Shown: one piece after another, positions 36,752 through 49,834 of the stretch
How the letters are laid out: every line of letters begins with the position of its first letter
How positions within the stretch are numbered: position 1 is the first letter of the stretch
Source of the DNA: Octopus sinensis
Lineage: Eukaryota
Direction: 5' to 3'
NCBI RefSeq assembly: GCF_006345805.1
Contig: NC_043017.1
Location: 24,490,001 to 24,554,000, forward strand
Length of the DNA stretch: 64,000 nucleotides
The notes under the pieces: model-generated
The model's database searches: none
What the model saw: the letters and a program-made list of their open reading frames with translations, nothing else
What the model was told of the DNA's origin: nothing
Made by a program: the position numbers and the translations under genes

Positions 36752-39307
36752 ATTTTTTGTTGATTCATGTGTGTGTATGTATTTATGTGTGTGTGTGTGT
36801 GTAGTTGTGTGGTAAGAACTTTTTCTCCTGAACATATAGTTCTAGGTTCAGTCCCATTGCATGTCACCTTAGGAAAGTGTCTTCTATTATTGTCCCAGGC
36901 CAACCAAAGCCTTGTGAGTAGATTTGGTTGATGGAAACTGAACGAAGCTCATTATGTGTGTATATATTCATGGGGTTGCTGAAAAGTGGGAGAAAGATAT
37001 AGATATATAAGTAAAAGTATATAGATACATAGAGATATATTTATATGTATAGGTGAAATTATAGCTGTATGGTAAGAAATTTACTCCCCAGCTACGTGGT
37101 TCCAAGTTCAGTCCCTCTGCATTCCACCTTTGACAAGTGTCTTCTGCTGTAGTCCTGGGCCAATCAAAGCCTTGTGGGTGTATTTGGTAGATGGAAACTG
37201 AAAGAAGCCCATCATGTGTGTATATATACAAGGGGGTGGTGAAAAGTTTTCTGACTTTAAGGGTATCCCGAAAGGCCTGGTTTGAGATCCAACCTTCCGA
37301 GTTCTTTTACAGGGCTTACAAAAACTGAAGGACTGCTGCAATAAGTATGTTTATCTGAGAGGCGACAGAGACCAATAGAATAAGTACTAGATTTACAAAG
37401 TATAAGTCCTGGGGTTGATTTGCTTGACTAAAGGTGGTGCTCCAGCATGGCCATAGTCAAATGACTGAAACAAATGAAAGAATATGCTGCCTTTGTTTCA
37501 GTTAATTTTTAAAATACTAAAGAGTTTAGTAAAATAATTTTCTTGTTATTAAGCTGGGGTCTGGAAGAAATTAGCATAAAATTTTTATGGAAGATTATTA
37601 TTTAGACCACTTTAAAACAGTAAGTTTATGTCATAGAACAAGGAGCAGTTTCAGGCAAGTTAAGATTTAGTATTCATTTCAGTCAGCTGACTGAAACTAT
37701 TAATAAATGTTGAAGGTAAACTTCTTGCAACCATGAACTCGAAATGGCATTCACCTGGAGATTTGTTTTATAACCAGTTTGGTTTTGTTCTTGACTACAA
37801 AAGATATGAATCAATTATAGAAGGAGCTAAAAATTGAGTGTTTTTCATGGTCAGACATAAATAGCAAATACAGAATTTGAATAATGATTATAAAAATTTA
37901 ACCTTGACTTAATCAAGAACCAAAATGCAAGAATATATTATATGAAAATAAGGCAGTAATTAATTAAAATAGCCATCTATGTATCATACCTCGTATATTC
38001 ATACTGTGGGGGTGCATGCCTTGGGTGGAGGCATGTGGCTTAAGTGGATGTCAGACTCATGATGGTAAGATTGTGGTTTCAATCCCCAAACTGGGTAATG
38101 CATTGTGGCCTTGAGCAAGACACTTCATTTCATGTTGCTCCAGTTCACTCAGTTGGCAACAATGAGTAATCCTGCAACAGACTGAAATCCTATCCAGGGG
38201 TGATATATACACCACAGAAGCCAAGAAACCTGTCTATGCGTCTATATAACTCAGGATGGGTCTTTATCATATCTTATCCTATATACACACTGTTGATAGG
38301 CCAGTTACTGTGCTTTTGTGCTGAGATAACATCTTATTGATCTGCTCTGTTAAAAAGTACAATAAATATAAGAGGGAAACAGAAATCTGTCCCAGTAGCA
38401 GCCAGCCACATGTTCAGATGAGAATTTGTCATATTGATATAGGAAAAAGTGAATGAAACATTCACTGATGTTGCAAATAGCTGCCAAGCTGAACAAAAAT
38501 TCAGTATATGCAATACAGACAATATAAAATTAAAATAGCCAACCATTTAACATAATATATATATGTATGTATATGTACACACACACACACAGTTGATATG
38601 ATTTTGAAACTTTAAAGACTCAAATAAAACAGAAGAATTTTAAGAACCAAAAGGTGGAAAATTCACAACTTTATTTTTATTAGATGCAGATGTTGAAGAA
38701 CATAAATGATTCCATGAAAAATACCAACAGCAGCTACAACAGCCAACAGAAAAGGAGGAAGTTAAGAATACTTCAATAAATAAAGATGTTTTAAAGATTT
38801 ATGATTAAAGAAAGAGATCTGGAATAGTTATGATTAAAGAAAGAGATAAAAACAGCTGAATTGGGATTTAGATTGGCCAATAGGAAAGAAGAGATATTAA
38901 CCTTTTAACATTCTGATCACCTTGTTGAATGTAATGCTTATTTATTCATATTGTTTTGAAGGAATTCTACATTACCTCACAGTTCAAGATTACAATGATG
39001 TGATGGTTTATTTCTAGAATGACAAGGTAGGTTAGGTATGAGAAGCCAGATCTGGCTGGCTTGAACAGTAAACAGGTAGAATTTTGGGGATGGATATAGC
39101 CAGTTTAAATGCTGAAGTGTTAAAGCAGTGGACCCTGGGAGTCCATATAAGATTTTGCGGGATCTGTGCAGATAAAATAAATTGGGGACCCACAGTTGTA
39201 TATTAAGGGTCCATGAAAACAAAATGACTCTAGATGTGTTTATTGCAAGAAACAACCAGATTTCTTTGTCTAAAGTTTTATATTGTTCAACAAAAGTCTT
39301 ATATTGA

Positions 39308-39700
39308 GGTGCAGGAGTGGCTGTGTGGTAAGTAGCTTGCTAACCAACCACATGGTTCCGGGTTCAGTCCCACTGCGTGGCATCTTGGGCAAGTGTCTTC
39401 TGCTATACCCCCGGGCCGACCAATGCCTTGTGAGTGGATTTGGTAGACAGAAACTGAAAGAAGCCTGTCGTATATATGTATATATATAAGTGTGTGTGTC
39501 TGTGTTTGTCCCCCTAGCATTGCTTGACAACCGATGCTGGTATGTTTACGTCCCCGTCACTTTGCGGTTCGGCAAAAAAGAGACCGATAGAATAAGTACT
39601 GGGCTTACAAAGAATAAGTCCCGGGGTCGAGTTGCTCGATTAAAGGCGGTGCTCCAGCATGGCCGCAGTCAAATGACTGAAACAAGTAAAAAGAGAAAAA
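39308..39700 (+). mobile_element. SINE family A, young full-length copy
   Basis: Head GGAGTGGCTGTGTGGTAAG / GGTTCAGTCCC (A and B boxes), central (TA/TG)n, tail AATGACTGAAACAAGTAAAAAGAG; nearly identical to 47614. Confidence 0.92.
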
Positions 39701-40996
39701 GAGAAACACAAGTGAATGTGTGAAAAGCAGAATAGGAATTTTGAAGGGAGTATCTATAAAACCAGTTTTTAAATATCAAATGGTTATGGGAGTCTAGCAG
39801 AGTAAAATTGTAATCAAAAGAGTCCATAGATAAAATATGACTGAGAACCACTGAGTTAAAGTAACAGCTGGTGTCATACCAGGCTGTGTACTTTTCCACC
39901 TGGTCTTTTCAATATGATTCTGTGATGCATAATAATGGAAGCATTTGAGTCTTTTGAAATAAATTTCAACATGGGAGAATAGAGAAACCAGTAACCTGTT
40001 TTGCTGTTAATGTGGGTTTTAAATGAAGAAAGTGAAGAACCTACAAGACCTTACAACAAATTGTTGATACAACTATGAGGTGATATGGACTTTGGCCTGA
40101 AATTTTGGGAGAATTGATTAGTTTGATTCCACTGACCCTCACTGCTCCACTGGTGCATATGTATCGACCCTGAAAGGACAAATGGCAATGTTGACCTCAA
40201 CAGAATTTGAACTCAGAACGAAAAGAGCTGAAAAAAGTGCCACTGAGCATTTTGCCAAATTACCACCTTAAATTATGATAACTAGAGAAAACAAAGAGAA
40301 AATTGTCAATCTAATTGAAATAAATAAAAAGATGGTCTAACAAGTTGATTTTGCTTAAACAGGTATAGCTGTGTAGTTAGGAAGCATGTTCCCTAACCAC
40401 ATGGTCTCGGGTTCAATCCCACAGTATCACTGTATGCCACCTTGGCTAGAATCTTCTGCTGTAACCCTAGGCCAACCAATGCCTTATTGGCTGACGGAAA
40501 CTGGAAGAAGGACATCATATATATGAATATACATACACATATACATGTGTATGTATATATATATGTGTGTGTGTGTGTGTGTATGTGTGTGTATATATAT
40601 GTGTGTGTATAGAAATAGGCACAAGCATGGCTGTGTAGTAAGAAGTTGGCTTCCTAACCACATGGTTCTGGGTTCAGTCCCACTGTGTGGTAATTTAGGC
40701 AAGTGTCTTCTACTCTAGTTTTAAGCTAACCAAAGCTTTGTGAGCGGATTTGGTAGATGTAAACTGAAAGAAGCACATCATATATATATATATATGTATG
40801 TGTGTCTGTGTTTACCCACTTGCAATGGCGTTGGTGTGTTTATGTGCCTATAACTTAGCAGTTCGGCAAAAGAAACTGATAAAAAAAAAAGTAGTGAGGT
40901 CAATTCATTTGACTAAATATTCTTCAAGGTGGTGCCCCAGCATGGCCACAGTCTAATGGCTGAAATAAGTAAAAGATAAAGATATATATACACACA

Positions 40997-41043
<47 letters not shown>

Positions 41044-42119
41044 GTGGGTGTGTTTATCCTTGTCATGACATCAGGTGATGGTTGCAAAATAGCATCACAT
41101 GATTATTGTACAAACAATATTATTCGTTTCCAGTCTTCCATGAAAAAACATCTCTGGCCATGGGGAAATATTACTTAACTTGGAAACAAGGTGAGAGTTA
41201 GTGATAAGAAGGCCATCCAACCATGGAAAAATAGGCATTAAATGATGATAATTATTCCTATTTTTATTTCTTTTGATATCAGCTAGATTAAAAAAAAACC
41301 TACCAAGCCAGTCACCTAGGGCAAGCATTGGAGAATAATATTATTGTTTTTCAGTTTTCAGCCCTGAAAGGAAAAGAAAGAAAATGTTTTCAGAATATAG
41401 ATAGGCGTAGGAGTGGCTGTGTGGTAAGTAGCTTGCTTACCAGCCACATAGTTCTGGGTTCAGTCCCACTGCATGGCACCATGGGCAACTGTCTTCTACT
41501 AAAGCCTTGTGAGTGGATTTGGTAGAAGGAAACTGAAAGAAGCCTGTCATATATATGTATGTGTGTGTATATGTTTGTCTGTCAAGGGATCTTACATTCA
41601 GAGTTACTTGGTGACCTCAGTAGTGTTGGTGCCATAAAAAAAAGCAGCCAGTACATTGTAAAGTGGTTCACATTAGGAAAGGCATCCAGCCATAGAAACA
41701 TTACCAAGGCAGATATTAGAGACCAACTCAGACTTCAGTCTAGTTGTATCTGTCAAACCCTCGAACCTATATCAGCAGGGAAAACAGACATTAAATCGTG
41801 AAGATAATGACATAAATAAAATTTATAAACCTCATACAATGTGTGTGTGTGTGTATTTATATGTATATAGATTAGATAAGATAGAGATAGAGAGAGAGAG
41901 AGATGTTTTAAGCATGACGCATCTTAGTTCATCCAAAAAAACATGGCATTACCAATAAATAATTAAAATCATTAAGAGAAGCAATGATGACATCTTTGTG
42001 AAAGTGGTGTGTATGTGTATTTGTGTGCAGATAGTTTGATAGACAGACAGGTGTGTTTTAAGCATGACACAGCTCATCCCAAAAAAAAATGTGGCATCAT
42101 CAATAAATGATTAAAATGA

Positions 42120-42775
42120 ATTGCGAGTACTCAGAGAGTGCAAACCTCTGCCAAGGCAATACCAATGTTCTCTCAATGATTTTTAAAATAAGAATATCTG
42201 AAATAAACTCGACTGCTCTCACAAACGAGAATACTAAAAACGAACCTGACCACTCTCAAAAATTAAGTAAAAAAAAAACAGAAAAATAATCCAGAATCCT
42301 TGTCTGGTACCGAATTAAACCCAAAATCTAAGGAGTGGCTGTGTGGTAAGAAGCTTACTAACCAACCACATGGTTCCGGGTTCAGTCCCACTGCGTGGCA
42401 CCTTGGGCAAGTGTCTTCTGCTATAGCCCTGGGCCAACCAATGCCTTGTGAGTGGATTTGGTAGATGGAAACTGAAAGAAGCCTGTCATATATATGTATG
42501 TGTGTGTGTGTGTCTGTGTTTGTCCCCCTAGCATTGCTTGACAACCGATGCTGGTGTGTTTACGTCCCCATCACTTAGCGGTTCGGCAAAAGAGACTGAT
42601 AGAATAAGTACTGGGCTTACAAAAGAATAAGTTCCCGGGGTCGATTTGCTGCAGTCAAATGACTGAAGCAAGTAAAAGACAAAAGAGAGAGTTCGTGCCA
42701 GTCACGAGGCGAAACATCCCGAAAGTTTCATCCAAATTCATGCAATGGTTCTTGAGATATCTTGTCCATGGTTAA
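42120..42775. mobile_element. Unclassified DNA-element-like repeat split by a SINE A insertion
   Basis: GAGTACTCAGAGAGTGCAAACCTCTGCCAAGGC ... CCCAAAATCTAA [SINE] GTTCGTGCCAGTCACGAGG ... TTCTTGAGATATCTTGTCC; it interrupts an older local duplication. Confidence 0.5.
42331..42690 (+). mobile_element. SINE family A, young copy
   Basis: Collinear with 39308; small deletion near the 3' end. Confidence 0.9.
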
Positions 42776-42987
42776 ACAATTATGAAAAGAAGGTATGATG
42801 ACGTCTTTGTGAAAAGTGGAACAGGAATTAACAAGTCTAAAGCATACAAAGCAAATATATATATATAATATATGTGCATGCATATTGTCCTTTAGTCTCT
42901 GTATATTTTTATACTTCTGGTAAATATACTTTGTCAGTCACTTTTACATGAGTCACAACCATGGCTACAAACTAGTATGTGTGTGTA

Positions 42988-43018
<31 letters not shown>

Positions 43019-43722
43019 CACACACCCACATACATATCATCATCATCGTCACGTTAAATGATGTGTGTATAAAGAGAGAGAGAAAGTGTGTGTAGTTAAC
43101 ACAAAACAAATGGGACAACACAAAACATATGTATTTAATTTTTGAAACCGATTTCTGTCTTAGGAGAAAACTTTTTAAAAGTCTCTGGTCCAGAAAGCTG
43201 TCTCTCACCCAAGCAGCCCAGGGTCAATTCCTGGCATGGGAACATACTACATGTACAGTAACGACCCTTTGATAGATGCAGACATGACTGTGTGGTAAGT
43301 AGCTTGCTTTCAGTCATGTGGTCTTGGGTTCAGTCTTACTGCATGGCACCTTGAGCAGGTGGCTTCCACTATAGCCCTAGGCCAACCAAATCTTTTGTGT
43401 GTGGATTTGGTAGTTAGAAACTGAAAGAAAACCATTGTATATATATGTGTATATCTATCTCCACTACTGCTTCACAACTGGTGTTGGTTTGTTTACATCC
43501 CTGTAACCAAACATTTTGGAAAAAAGAAACCATTTGAATAAGTACTTGTGTCAATTTCTTTGACTGAACCCTTCAAGGTGATGCCCCAGCATGGCCACAG
43601 TCCAATGACTGAAACAAGTAAAGGTAAAAAATAAAGAGCTTAACCAAGCTAAAACTCAAGTGTACAGAACATTTGTATGTCTGTCTGTCTGCCTGTCTCT
43701 CTATCTATGTATATATATTACA

Positions 43723-44130
43723 CTTTTACTCTTTTATTTGTTTCAGTCATTTGACTGCAGCCATGCTGAAGCACCGCCTTTAGTCGAGCAAATCGACCCC
43801 GGGACTTATTCTTTTTGTAAGCCCAGTACTTATTCTATCGGTCTCTTTTTGCCGAACCGCTAAGTGACGGGGACGTAAACACACCAGCATCAGTTGTCAA
43901 ACAATGCTAGGGAGACAAACACAGACACACAAACACACACATACATATATATATATACATATATACGACAGGCTTCTTTCAGTTTCCGTCTACCAAATCC
44001 ACTCACAAGGCATTGGTCGGCCCGGGGCTATAGCAGAAGACACTTGCCCAAGATGCCACGCAGTGGGACTGAACCCGGAACCATGTGGTTGGTTAGCAAG
44101 CTACTTACCACACAGCCACTCCTTCGCCTA
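43723..44130 (-). mobile_element. SINE family A, young full-length copy
   Basis: Reverse complement of the 39308/47614 subfamily (shared GCTAACCAACC, GGCATCTTGG and CAATGCC variants). Confidence 0.92.
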
Positions 44131-44347
44131 TATATATAGGTGTATACGTATGTGTGTAGGTACATAGCTTAGCTCTAGATAGATATAACAATGTGTGTCC
44201 CAGTTTTAGAAGTGTTACACCATGCCATTGTGTGTCTTAAAAGACAAACAGACAAAAAAGGCTTCTGGCTATTATACAAATTTCCAAACCATTCCAACAT
44301 GGGAAAGCGGATGTAAAATATCACAGAATACAAATACTTAGTTATAT

Positions 44348-44413
<66 letters not shown>

Positions 44414-44819
44414 TGTGTGTGTGATTATATGTGGTTTGTCTCTGATGAATATGTGTGAGATATTTCTCAACAAATGAAACTATTAGTAACACTTAAAGAC
44501 ATATATTGTATCCTTTAAATAAATAATGTTTATCTCTCACCAGATGGAGTATTTTTTGTTGAATTTCCTATCACGCAATAATGTATAAATGTGAATTCAA
44601 CTGTGCATAATGCTTTCCCATGATTACCAACAAATAAGAATAAGACTTATCCCAGGTTACTCTATGTGTACTACACACAAACAGGAAGTTTTTAATAGAA
44701 GATATATATTTTCTTAGCATATTTGTCAGATAGCCACGCCCACCTAACAAGTTAGAAAAACCCTTGTTTTTTGGTGGGGTTTTTGTTTTGTTACCTGAGT
44801 CATTTTTTTATTGCACATT

Positions 44820-46020
44820 AATCCCCCGCCACATGCACACATACACAGCAGGTGCATACACCACACGCAATAATACATGCATACATAAATACATCACATC
44901 AAACACATACATGCATACACGCATAACAACAACACACATACACACACTACAGTAATACAATGTGTGCACACACCACACCACAGAATAATACATGCATACA
45001 CACACCACATCACATACACACACATACACTGCAGTAATACATGCATACACACACCACATCACACACACACACACACACACACACTGCAATAATACATGCA
45101 TACACACCACATTACACACACATACTGCAGTAATACAAGCATACAAACACACGCATACACCACATAGTAATACATGCATACATATACATACACACTACAG
45201 TAACGTGCATACAAATGCATGTACACACCACATAGTAATACATGCATACATACACACGCACACCATCTAGTAATACATATCATACATTCACATACCTTAT
45301 CACAGACACACATACACATCAACCACAAATGCACGCAACACTCTCTCACATACCTATACTACATCACAGTACTTATATGTACCACATCATACACACACAC
45401 ACACACACTATGCAGTCATACATATACACATAAATATCATACAGTAATACATGTATACACACCACACACAGAGTCGTATGAACATATACTCATGAATATC
45501 ACACAGTAATACATGCATACACAGCACACATACACATACATATACACATAAACATCATACAGTAGTACATGCATACACCACTCACACACACACATACATA
45601 CAGAGTCATATGTCCAGATATACATAACCATCACATGAAAATACATGCATACACACACACGACATCACCATTATACATACATACATACACACACACACAC
45701 ATACATACACACACACACACACACACTATGCAGTCATACATATACACATAAATATCATACAGTAATACATGTATACACACCACACACACACAGAGTCGTA
45801 TGAACATATACTCATGAATATCACACAGTAATACATGCATACACAGCACACATACACATACATATACACATAAACATCATACAGTAGTACATGCATACAC
45901 CACTCACACACACACATACATACAGAGTCATATGTCCAGATATACATAACCATCACATGAAAATACATGCATACACACACACGACATCACCATTATACAT
46001 ACATACATACACACACACAC

Positions 46021-46052
<32 letters not shown>

Positions 46053-46420
46053 GACATCACCATTTACATACATACATACACACACATACACACACTCACA
46101 CACACACACACACATGACATCACCATTATACATACATAATACACACATACATACATACATACACACACACATACAGATTCATATGTCCAGATATACATAA
46201 CCATCACATGAAAATACATGCATACACACACACACACACCACACATGACATCACCATTATACATACATAATACACACATACATACATACATACACACATA
46301 CATACACACACATACACACATACATACAGATTCATATGTCCAGATATACATAAACATCACATGAAAGTACATGCATACACACACACACACACACAACATC
46401 ACCATTATACATACATACAT
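44820..46420. repeat. CA-rich complex satellite with a ~318-bp higher-order duplication
   Basis: TATGCAGTCATACATATACAC at 45409 and 45727; sub-units such as GACATCACCATTATAC and CATATGTCCAGATATAC recur further to 46400. Confidence 0.9.
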
Positions 46421-46695
46421 ATATACATATACCTAGGTTGTGCGTATATGTATACGGCTGTTCTCTTTCAGTAGTTAATATATATCAGTTCCATGAAGTG
46501 CTGTTTGACAAGCATTGCCCTCATATACCCACCCACCCCACCATTTACTTCTCCACTTCCACCAGCTCCACCTCCACCACAACCATTGGGTTATAAAAAG
46601 ATTTCCTAATTATATATCCTGGTGTAACCTTGTCCAGCTTTGATTGCTGTTCATTGTTGCTAACTAGATCGGTCTTCCTTTGTTGGTCTTCCAAA

Positions 46696-47104
46696 CTTCT
46701 GTCACGTTTGGCTGGTGGTGATCGTACTCCTGTTTGTTTTATTGATGTTATTACTTTTTGTCTTTTTGAGTGGTTTTTTTTTTCATCTCTTATTCTATTT
46801 ATTTCTTTCACGCATTGGACTTAGGCCATGCTGGGGCATCATTTTTAAGAGTTTCATCAAATAAATTGATCCTAATACTTACGTTTATTTTAATTCTTTT
46901 TTTTTTTAAAGTCTAGTACTTATTCTATCAGTCCATTTCGTTGAGCCTCTAAGTTATAGGGCCATAAACAAACAATCACCGGTGAAGCAGAGTCGGGTAT
47001 GACAAACACACACACTGTTTTTTTTAACCTCTCTCCGTTTGTTTTTTTTTTCCTCATTCCTCTCTGAAGAAGAGCATAAGCTTGAAACATCAATAACTCT
47101 TCCA
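46696..47104 (+). repeat. ~410-bp chimeric module duplicated at 48907-49317
   Basis: CTTCTGTCA(C/T)GTTTGGCTGGTGGT ... GAAACATCAATAACTCTTCCA is present twice, 2.2 kb apart, with scattered substitutions. Confidence 0.88.
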
Positions 47105-47407
47105 TTTTTCCTGAGCATCAAACTAATATACCTTGGTTGTTGTTCCTTCACCTTCCTCTGCCTTTTATTTTTTTATTTTTTGTGCAATATTGCGTGGCTG
47201 TGTGGTAAGAAGCTTGCTTCCCAACCACATGGTTCAAGATTCACTCCCACTGCATGGCACCTTGGGTAAGTGTCTTTTGTTATAGCATTGGGCCAACGAA
47301 ACCCTTGTGATGGATTTGGTTGATGGAAACTGAAACAAGCCCATCATGTGTGTGTGTGTGTGTGTGTGTATCAGAGTTATATACTGAAGGAAAGCCTACT
47401 AAGTGGT

Positions 47408-47584
47408 TTTCCATCATGCTAGAAATGGGAGTTAAATCCCAAACCACGTAGAAGCTATTCTTATTTTGGTGCAATCATATTTGTATTCTCTTGAATTGTC
47501 CTGTCCTCCTACATTCAACGAGCCAAAATAAGAACAGCTTTTTCATGGTTTGGGGTTTAACTCCCATTTCTAGCATGATGGAAA
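47408..47584. repeat. 62-bp inverted repeat with 53-nt spacer (foldback, MITE-like hairpin)
   Basis: Arms 47408-47469 and 47523-47584 differ at 5 positions; the outer 29 bp are perfect. Confidence 0.9.
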
Positions 47585-47613
47585 GCAAACAAACAAACAA
47601 ACACAACTGTAAA

Positions 47614-48008
47614 CAGGAGTGGCTGTGTGGTAAGTAGCTTGCTAACCAACCACATGGTTCCGGGTTCAGTCCCACTGCGTGGCATCTTGGGCAAGTGTCT
47701 TCCGCTATAGCCCCGGGCCGACCAATGCCTTGTGAGTGGATTTGGTAGACGGAAACTGAAAGAAGCCTGTCGTATATATGTATATATATATATATATGTG
47801 TGTGTTTGTGTGTTTGTCCCCCTAGCATTGCTTGACAACCGATGCTGGTGTGTTTACGTCCCCGTCACTTAGCTGTTCGGCAAAAGAGACCGATAGAATA
47901 AGTACTGGGCTTACAAAAAAGAATAAGTCCCGGGGTCGATTTGCTCGACTAAAGGCGGTACTTCAGCATGGCTGCAGTCAAATGACTGAAACAAGTAAAT
48001 GAGTAAAT
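47614..48008 (+). mobile_element. SINE family A, young full-length copy
   Basis: Complete head, body and tail with CpGs intact. Confidence 0.92.
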
Positions 48009-48352
48009 ACCTCCACCTTTGCTAAGGCAGAGGTAATAAATAAGCATTAGATTTGACCGAATGTTCTGAACACTAAAGGATTAAACCTTCCATGAGGGTT
48101 TTTTTTTCTTTTGTTTTGTTTTTGTAATTTGCCTTATGCATTTCCTGTAGTCACAACTGCATTCTTTGCATTTGAAAGAAAAAATCTTAAATATCAAAGT
48201 TATGTTATCTGTTGTAGACATATATTGGTATCCAAGTATCGGCATTCTTCTCCTGATACTTATCTTTTAGCTTTTACTTGTTTTAGGCATTAGACTGCGG
48301 CCATGCTGGGGCACAGCCTTGAAAGGTTTTAGTAGACTGAATTGACCTCTTT

Positions 48353-48548
48353 GCTCTTTTACTTGACTGTGGCCATGCTGGAGCACCGCCTTTAGTCGAG
48401 CAAATCGACCCCGGGAACTTATTCTTTGTAAGCCCAGTACTTATTCTATCGGTCTCTTTTGCCGAACCGCTAAGTGACGGGGACGTAAACACACCAGCAT
48501 CAGTTGTCAAGCAATGCTAGCGGGACAAACACAGACACACAAACATAT

Positions 48549-48621
<73 letters not shown>

Positions 48622-48780
48622 TACGACAGGCTTCTTTCAGTTTCCATCTACCAAATCCACTCACAAGGCTTTGGTCGGGCCGAGGCTATAGTAGAAGACA
48701 CTTGCCCAAGGTGCCACGCAGTGGGACTGAACCCGGAACCATGTGGTTGGTTAGCAAGCTACTTACCACAGAGCCACTCC
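48353..48780 (-). mobile_element. SINE family A, young copy inverted relative to 47614
   Basis: Reverse complement of family A with a long central (TA)n. Confidence 0.92.
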
Positions 48781-49402
48781 TCTGTACTTAATTTTTTTTT
48801 TAAAGCCTGGTACTTATTCTATTGGTTTCTTTTGCTGAACTGCTAAGTTACATGGTTGTAAGCAAACCAATACCAGTTGCCAAGTGGTAATTGGGGACAA
48901 ACACAGCTTCTGTCATGTTTGGCTGGTGGTAATTGTACTCATTTGTTTTATTGATGTTATTACTTTTTGGGGGTTTTTTTCATCCCTTATTCTTTTTACT
49001 TGTTTCACACATTGGACTGAGGCCATGCTGGAGCACCACTTTTAAGAGTTTCATCAAATAAATCGATCCGAGTACTTAGGTTTTTTTAATTCTTTTTTGT
49101 TTTTTTAAAGTCTGGTACTTATTCTATCAGTCCTTTTTGCTGAGTCTCTAAGTTATAGAGCCATAAACTAACAATCACTGGTGAAGCAGAGTAGGCTATG
49201 ACAAACACACACACACAAACACACTCGTTGTTTTTTTTTAATTCTCTCCATCTGTTTTTTTTTTCTTCGTTCTTCTCTATAGAAGAGCATAAGCTTGAAA
49301 CATCAATAACTCTTCCAGTTGTCAAGTGCTGGTTGGGGACAAACACAGCAGAAACACAATGACACACATACATATCTACATATTCCTTTTATTTTTATTT
49401 TA

Positions 49403-49797
49403 TTTTACTTCTTTCAGTCATTTGACTGCGGCCATGCTGGAGCACCGCCTTTAATCGAGCAACTTGACCCCGGGACTTATTTTTATGTAAGCCCAGTACT
49501 TATTCTATCGGTCTCTTTTGCCGAACCGCTAAGTAACGGGGACATAAACACACCAGCATCGGTTGTCAAGCAATGCTAGGGGGACAAACACAGACACACA
49601 AACACACACACGCATATATATATATATACATATTTAGGACGGGTTTCTTTCAGTTTCCATCTACCAAATCCACTCACAAGGCTTTGGTCGGCCCAAGCCT
49701 ACAGTAGAAGACACTTGCCCAAGGTGCCACGCAGTGGGACTGAACCCGGAACCATGTGGTTGGTAAACAAGCTACTTACCACACAGCCACTCCTGCG

Positions 49798-49800
<3 letters not shown>
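49403..49800 (-). mobile_element. SINE family A, young full-length copy
   Basis: Reverse complement of family A, ending ACACAGCCACTCCTGCGCC. Confidence 0.92.

Positions 49801-49834
<34 letters not shown>

Noticed and set aside
38334-38830. Weak resemblance to a hAT C-terminal motif and a Q/K-rich short ORF
   Set aside because: Too short and degenerate to support without an HMM search.
39283-48846. Recurrent similar ORFs (..DRLLSVSVYQIHSQGIGRP..EDTCPRCHAVGLNPEPCGW.. and MSSNARGTNTDT..)
   Set aside because: They are translations of SINE family A copies, not a gene family; coordinates coincide with the SINEs and run through microsatellites.
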